Below are positions 59,671-64,000 of a stretch of DNA of 64,000 bases, in pieces. How positions within the stretch are numbered: position 1 is the first letter of the stretch; each line of letters begins with the position of its first letter. This DNA comes from an uncultured candidatus Brocadiaceae bacterium (lineage in GTDB: Bacteria > Planctomycetota > UBA1135 > UBA2386): positions 1 to 64,000 of the forward strand of contig CAYMPV010000008.1 of the NCBI GenBank assembly GCA_964392305.1, in the 5' to 3' direction. The notes beneath the pieces are model-generated. The model saw nothing but the letters and a program-made list of their open reading frames with translations, was not told the origin of the DNA and made no database searches. The position numbers and the translations under genes are program-made.

Positions 59671-60501
59671 ATGAGCGACGTGCTGATGGCCGGAGCGATC
59701 ATGGCGGGCCTGGGCGTGCTGCTCGGCGCGATGCTCGCGTTCGCCTACCGGTTCCTGCGTGTGCCCGAGGACCCGCGCACCGCTCGTGTCGAACAGTTGC
59801 TGCCCGGTACCAACTGCGGCGGCTGCGGCGAGCCGGGTTGCCGCGCGTTCGCCGAAGCGCTCACCGCCGGCGCGCGACAGCCGTCGGGCTGCACGGTCGC
59901 CGGTCCTGATGCGGTGGCCGCGATCGCGACCTTCCTCGGAGTCGATGCGGGCACGAGCGATCGACGCGTCGCGCGGCTGCATTGCGCCGGCGGCAAGGCC
60001 CAGGCGGTGCAGATCGCCGCCTACGACGGTTTCGCGAGCTGCCGCGGTGCGCACGTCACCGGCGGCGGCGGCAAGGGTTGCAGCTGGGGCTGCCTGGGCC
60101 TCGCCGATTGCCAGCGCGCCTGCGACTTCGGCGCGATCACGATGAACGACAACGGTCTGCCGGTCGTCGACGTCGACAAGTGCACCGCGTGCGGCGATTG
60201 CGTCGTCGCCTGCCCGCGCGACCTGTTCGAGCTGTTGCCGATGCGGCAGCCGCTGCTGGTGCAGTGCCGCGTGCCGCTCGCCGGCGAGGCGGCGCGCAAC
60301 CTGTGCGCGGTGGCTTGCGACGCCTGCGGCCGCTGCGTGCAAGACGCCCCAGAGGGATTGTTGCGCATGGTCGACAACCTGCCGGTGGTCGACTACGCGA
60401 GTGTCGTCGACGCCGGGCCGACGCCGACGTTTCGCTGCCCGACCGGCGCCATCCAGTTCGTCGCCAGGACTCAGTTCGCGCGGCAGGAGGTGCGTGCATG
60501 A
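59671..60501 (+). CDS. rnfB: RnfB-like membrane-anchored Fe-S protein (stand-alone)
   Basis: N-terminal TM helix. RnfB signature LPGTNCGGCGEPGCRAFAEAL. Two 4Fe-4S ferredoxin motifs (CTACGDCVVACP, CDACGRCVQDAP). Confidence 0.75.
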   Translation: MSDVLMAGAIMAGLGVLLGAMLAFAYRFLRVPEDPRTARVEQLLPGTNCGGCGEPGCRAFAEALTAGARQPSGCTVAGPDAVAAIATFLGVDAGTSDRRVARLHCAGGKAQAVQIAAYDGFASCRGAHVTGGGGKGCSWGCLGLADCQRACDFGAITMNDNGLPVVDVDKCTACGDCVVACPRDLFELLPMRQPLLVQCRVPLAGEAARNLCAVACDACGRCVQDAPEGLLRMVDNLPVVDYASVVDAGPTPTFRCPTGAIQFVARTQFARQEVRA

Positions 60502-63500
60502 GGTTCTCCGTCGAAACGCCGTCGCGCGCCGAGTTGCCGATCGCGGGTTGTCTGTTGGCGTCCGGCGACGCGCGGGCTGACCTGGCCCAGGCGATGGGGC
60601 GCTGCGAAGCGGGCCAACGCGCGACCGCCGTGATCGCGGGTGCGGAGCTGATGCGGGTCGCCGACCTGCTGCAGGACGCGGCCCGGCGCCAGCTCGCCTG
60701 CGTGGTGCGCACCGCCCTGACCGACGGCGACGACGCGCTGTTCACAGTCGCCGACAGCGGCGCCGTCGTCTTGGTCGCGCGCGGTGACGAGGTGCCGGTC
60801 GTGCACTTGATCGCACGACTGCTCGCGGAACGCGCGCTGCTGCCCGTGGTGCTCGTGGCGGCGCCCGCGACGGCCGACGCCGCGCCTCGCGAACTGCCTG
60901 CGGCGGCGCTCGAACTGCTCGGCGCACCCGAGGACTTCGTGCGTTCGGCGACGCCCTCGCAGGAGCATCTGTTCGGTCGCGATCGGCGCCGCGTGGTGCG
61001 TTGGTTCGACCTCGAACGGCCGGTGTTGCGCGGCCAGCGGGCGCAGCCGGCCGTGGCCACGCTGCAGCGCGCGGGTTTCGGGCCGTTCGTGCAGGCGCCG
61101 GTCCGGACGCTGCTGCAGGACGTCGCCGCCGAGGTCCAGCTCGCAACGGGGGCCACCTGGTCGGCCGTGGACACTGCGAACTGCGATCGCGCCGAGGTGC
61201 TCGTGATCGGCCTCGCCGGCGTCACCGCGGCGCTGCCCGCCGACGGCAAGACGTCGCGCGTCGGGTGCGTCACCATCAACTGTCTGCGACCGTTCCCGGA
61301 GTCCTGGCAGGCACACCTGCGCGGCAAGAAGGCGGTCGTCGTGGTCACCGCAGCGGTCAACGCGCTCGCCGAGGCGCTGCTGCTACGTGAAGTGCGCGCC
61401 GCGCTGGTGCGTGAGCAGACCGAGGCGCGCGCCGCGCGTCGGCCGTTCAAGGACAAGGAGGTACCGTCGCTGCACGTGGCGGTAACCGCGCGCGCCGATG
61501 GCGGCGTGTCGCCAGAGGAACTCGCCGCGTTCGTGCGTGAGTGCGGCGAAGGTGCGGGGCGTCCGTTCGTGCACCTGGGCGTCGCGTTCGCGCCGCTGGA
61601 CGTCGCCTCGCGCAAGCGGCTGGTGCTGCACGAAGCGCTGCGCCGCTCACACCCTGGCATCGAGAGGCTCGGGGCGCGCCTGGCCCCGGCCGCCGCGCTC
61701 GCGGTGGTGCCGTCCGCACCACGCCGTGTCGCCGCACCCGCGCAGATCGCTCCGACCCACGACGATCGACTGCGCGCCTGGGATGTAGTCGCTGCGGCCT
61801 CCGTGGCCGGCACGACGGCGGACCTGGGCCCCGATCCGTACCTGACGGCCGGTTCCGCGCCGGCGCTCACGTCGCTGTTCCGCGGCAACGCCGCGACCGA
61901 CAATCTGCCGGCGTTCACGGCGCAACGGTGCACCGGCTGCGGTGCGTGTTGGACCGCCTGTCCCGACGCGGCCCTGCTGCCGGCGGTGGTCGGGGCCGGC
62001 GAACTGATCGAATGCGGCATGGCAGCGGTCGCGGCGACAGGTGCCACTGCCGAAGCACTGCGACCCGTTGTCGCGCGAATCGCCAAGGCGTTGCCCAAGG
62101 CGATCGCTGCGGGTGCCTGCACGGCGGGTGCCGCGGTGCACGGCGCGAGCGCGACCGCTCTCGCCAAACTCGACGAGTCGCGTCGGGGCGCGGCGCAGCA
62201 GGCTGCGGCAGCGGTCGCCGACGCACTCGCAGCGTTGCCGGTCGTCGGTGGCATGCCGTTCGCCGACGGTCAGCCGCTGGTGCTGGCGCTCGATCCCGAC
62301 GCCTGCAAGGGTTGCGACTTGTGCGTGACGGCCTGCGAACCCGGGGCGCTGCAGCGCGGAGCACGTTCGGCCGAGGCCGTGCAGCAGGCGCGCGCCGGCG
62401 CGGCGGCCTGGCGGGCGTTGCCCGACACGGCCGGCGCAGTGATCCACGCGGCGCGTGAACTGTCCGAGCCCGGCCTGCTCGGCGCGCTGGAGTTGTCGCG
62501 GCACTGCCTGCTGACGATGGCGCCCGGCGACGACGCCGAACCCGGCAGCGGTGCGCGGCTGGCGCTGCGCACCGTGCTGGCGGTGAGTGAAGCCCATCTG
62601 CAGCCCAAGTTGCTGCGCCACGTGCAGCACCTCGACGAGCTCGCGGCGAAGTTCGGCGAACGCATCCGCGGGATGCTCGCGGGGGCCTTGCCGGTGACCG
62701 ATCTCGAGGCGCTGCACGAAGGCCTGGCCACGCTGGGCGCCGGCGCTGTGGCCTTGTCGACGCTGGCGAGCCGTCTCGACGAGGTGCAGGTCAGTGGGCG
62801 GGTCGACGGCGGCAAGTTGCAGCTGCTGGTCGAGACCGCGCGCGCCGTCGCCGATCTGCGTTGGCGTGTGCAGCAGGGCCGCAACGGTTGCGGCCGCGCG
62901 CGCAGCGGCCTGGTGCTCGCCGGCGGCGAGGCCGAGGCGTTGGCCGGCGACTTCCCCTGGAATCCGTTCGCGTCGCCCGCTGTGCTCGACGGCAGCCGCG
63001 AGGCGGGGGCGCGCGCCCTGGGGATGCTGCGCGGACAGGTTGCGGCGTTGGCCGCGAACTTCGCGTTGCTGCGCCGCGCCGAGTCGCTGTTGCAGCAAGG
63101 TGCGCCAGGGCCACGTCACCTGGGCTTCGCCGAGCTGGAGCCGGCCGAACGCGAGTTGTGCCCGCCGCTGTGGCTGGTCGTCGACGGCGACGCCTTGCGG
63201 TGCGGCGGTCTCGCGCAGCTCGCCGCGGTCCTGGCGCACGACCTGCCCGTCAAGGTGCTGTTGCTCTCGCCATCGACCACCGCGGTCGATGGCCCGTCGC
63301 CGGCGCGCCTCGCGCTCGCGTTCCCGCGGGCGTTCGTGCTGCAGTCGACCGTCGCGCACCGCGATCACCTCGCGGCTGGTGTGCTCGCCGCGTGCGAACA
63401 TCCGGGACCGGCCCTGGTGCACGTGCTCGCGCCGAGCCCACGCGCCGCCGGCGCGGCGCCCGACCGTACGCTCGCCATCGCCGCCGACGCCGTCGCTCGG

Positions 63501-63845
63501 CGCGCCTTCCCGCTGCTGCGCTACGACCCGCGGTTGCCGGGCGCGTTCGGCCAGAAGCTGTCGCTCGACGGCAATCCATCGCCGCAGCAGCCGGGCACAG
63601 ACGACCCCGAGCACCTCGCCGCGTGGCAGCTGCTGCAGGAACTCGCGGGCGTGCGCACGCCGTTCACCCACGTGGTCGAAGAACGGGCTGCGGCTGCGGT
63701 CGCCGCCGCACACGCGCAGGAACTCGCGGCCATGCGCGCCGCGCACGAAGACGAACTGCTGCGACTGCGCAGCAGTGTCGAGACCGAACTGCTGGCCCGG
63801 TTGCAGCGCAAGCTGACGACGCTGGCGGCGGGAGCGCGGCCGTGA
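60498..63845 (+). CDS. single-chain pyruvate:ferredoxin oxidoreductase (PFOR/NifJ)-like protein with degenerate catalytic motifs (possible pseudo-enzyme)
   Basis: Domain I/II-like N-terminus (…TINCLRPFPESWQAHLRGKKAVVVV…). Two ferredoxin motifs (CTGCGACWTACP, CKGCDLCVTACEP). TPP-domain remnant LWLVVDGDALRCGGLAQLAAVLAHDLPVKVLLLSPS (GDG to DGD, no NTGGQ). PFOR-type C-terminus LLRYDPRLPGAFGQKLSLDGNPSP. ATGA overlap with rnfB, GTGA overlap with the next gene. Confidence 0.65.
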   Translation: MRFSVETPSRAELPIAGCLLASGDARADLAQAMGRCEAGQRATAVIAGAELMRVADLLQDAARRQLACVVRTALTDGDDALFTVADSGAVVLVARGDEVPVVHLIARLLAERALLPVVLVAAPATADAAPRELPAAALELLGAPEDFVRSATPSQEHLFGRDRRRVVRWFDLERPVLRGQRAQPAVATLQRAGFGPFVQAPVRTLLQDVAAEVQLATGATWSAVDTANCDRAEVLVIGLAGVTAALPADGKTSRVGCVTINCLRPFPESWQAHLRGKKAVVVVTAAVNALAEALLLREVRAALVREQTEARAARRPFKDKEVPSLHVAVTARADGGVSPEELAAFVRECGEGAGRPFVHLGVAFAPLDVASRKRLVLHEALRRSHPGIERLGARLAPAAALAVVPSAPRRVAAPAQIAPTHDDRLRAWDVVAAASVAGTTADLGPDPYLTAGSAPALTSLFRGNAATDNLPAFTAQRCTGCGACWTACPDAALLPAVVGAGELIECGMAAVAATGATAEALRPVVARIAKALPKAIAAGACTAGAAVHGASATALAKLDESRRGAAQQAAAAVADALAALPVVGGMPFADGQPLVLALDPDACKGCDLCVTACEPGALQRGARSAEAVQQARAGAAAWRALPDTAGAVIHAARELSEPGLLGALELSRHCLLTMAPGDDAEPGSGARLALRTVLAVSEAHLQPKLLRHVQHLDELAAKFGERIRGMLAGALPVTDLEALHEGLATLGAGAVALSTLASRLDEVQVSGRVDGGKLQLLVETARAVADLRWRVQQGRNGCGRARSGLVLAGGEAEALAGDFPWNPFASPAVLDGSREAGARALGMLRGQVAALAANFALLRRAESLLQQGAPGPRHLGFAELEPAERELCPPLWLVVDGDALRCGGLAQLAAVLAHDLPVKVLLLSPSTTAVDGPSPARLALAFPRAFVLQSTVAHRDHLAAGVLAACEHPGPALVHVLAPSPRAAGAAPDRTLAIAADAVARRAFPLLRYDPRLPGAFGQKLSLDGNPSPQQPGTDDPEHLAAWQLLQELAGVRTPFTHVVEERAAAAVAAAHAQELAAMRAAHEDELLRLRSSVETELLARLQRKLTTLAAGARP

Positions 63846-64000
63846 AACTGCCGTTCACGCTGCGCAGCTTCGCCCACGGCGTGCATCCGAGCGACCACAA
63901 GCAGGGCACCGAGAACCTGACCATCGAGCACATGCCGTTCGTGTCCCGTTACGTGTTGCCGCTGGCGCAGGGCGGCAAGCCGGCCGTGCCCGTCGTGCGG
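63842..64000 (+). CDS. rnfC: RnfC-like protein, 5' fragment (truncated by window end)
   Basis: GTG start. VKLPFTLRSFAHGVHPSDHKQGTENLTIEHMPFVSRYVLPLAQGGKPAVPVV parallels the RnfC N-terminus (…FNGGIHPPEMK…VPLAQ…IPL…). Confidence 0.5.
   Translation, partial: MKLPFTLRSFAHGVHPSDHKQGTENLTIEHMPFVSRYVLPLAQGGKPAVPVVR

Noticed and set aside
59671-60501. A complete Rnf complex
   Set aside because: Only rnfB-like and the start of an rnfC-like gene are present, separated by a 3.3-kb PFOR-like gene. No rnfA/D/E/G appears within the window.

Overview
This is a high-GC (about 70%) chromosomal segment from a Gram-negative bacterium. lpxA and outer-membrane/periplasmic proteins are present, and the gene content (many HEAT, Kelch, FHA, hybrid-kinase, MCP and ECF-sigma proteins) resembles Myxococcota or deltaproteobacteria-like genomes. 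The six-frame ORF track is full of spurious antisense ORFs and N-terminally over-extended ORFs, which is typical of high-GC DNA. I re-derived starts from conserved N-termini where I could.

Gene order, left to right:
- a transposase C-terminal fragment at the left edge
- anti-sigma/ECF-sigma pair
- glyA
- speA
- NYN-domain protein plus a secreted Tyr-rich protein
- hybrid sensor kinase
- two inactive M16-peptidase homologues
- orphan lpxA, divergent from ptsI
- thpR
- an intergenic element with 19-bp perfect terminal inverted repeats
- phzF-like gene
- AAA ATPase (DUF4143)
- DUF1624 membrane protein
- two divergent giant HEAT-repeat proteins whose start codons sit inside one imperfect palindrome
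- a 1.1-kb intergenic island with a promoter/terminator-bounded small transcript and a tRNA-like element (GCU anticodon, defective acceptor stem)
- SPFH protein
- HhH-GPD glycosylase
- YjfB-like mini-protein
- dus
- Ser/Thr dehydratase
- hotdog thioesterase
- TAT-exported Gfo/Idh/MocA oxidoreductase
- MCP
- GAF-cutC, divergent from an FHA-trypsin-like protease and a MinD/ParA ATPase
- PIG-L deacetylase
- secreted protein with four EF-hand-like repeats
- SSS transporter
- 2Fe-2S protein
- methyltransferase
- DinB-like protein
- Kelch-repeat protein
- sulfatase

Two items stand out most:
- A candidate selenoprotein. It is a periplasmic TlpA-like thioredoxin-fold protein. The first Cys of its WCGPC motif is an in-frame TGA (W-U-G-P-C) followed by bSECIS-like hairpins.
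- An unusual electron-transfer cluster. A korAB 2-oxoacid:ferredoxin oxidoreductase is followed by two PFOR-derived paralogues with degenerate TPP motifs, a stand-alone RnfB-like Fe-S protein and an RnfC-like gene truncated by the window end.
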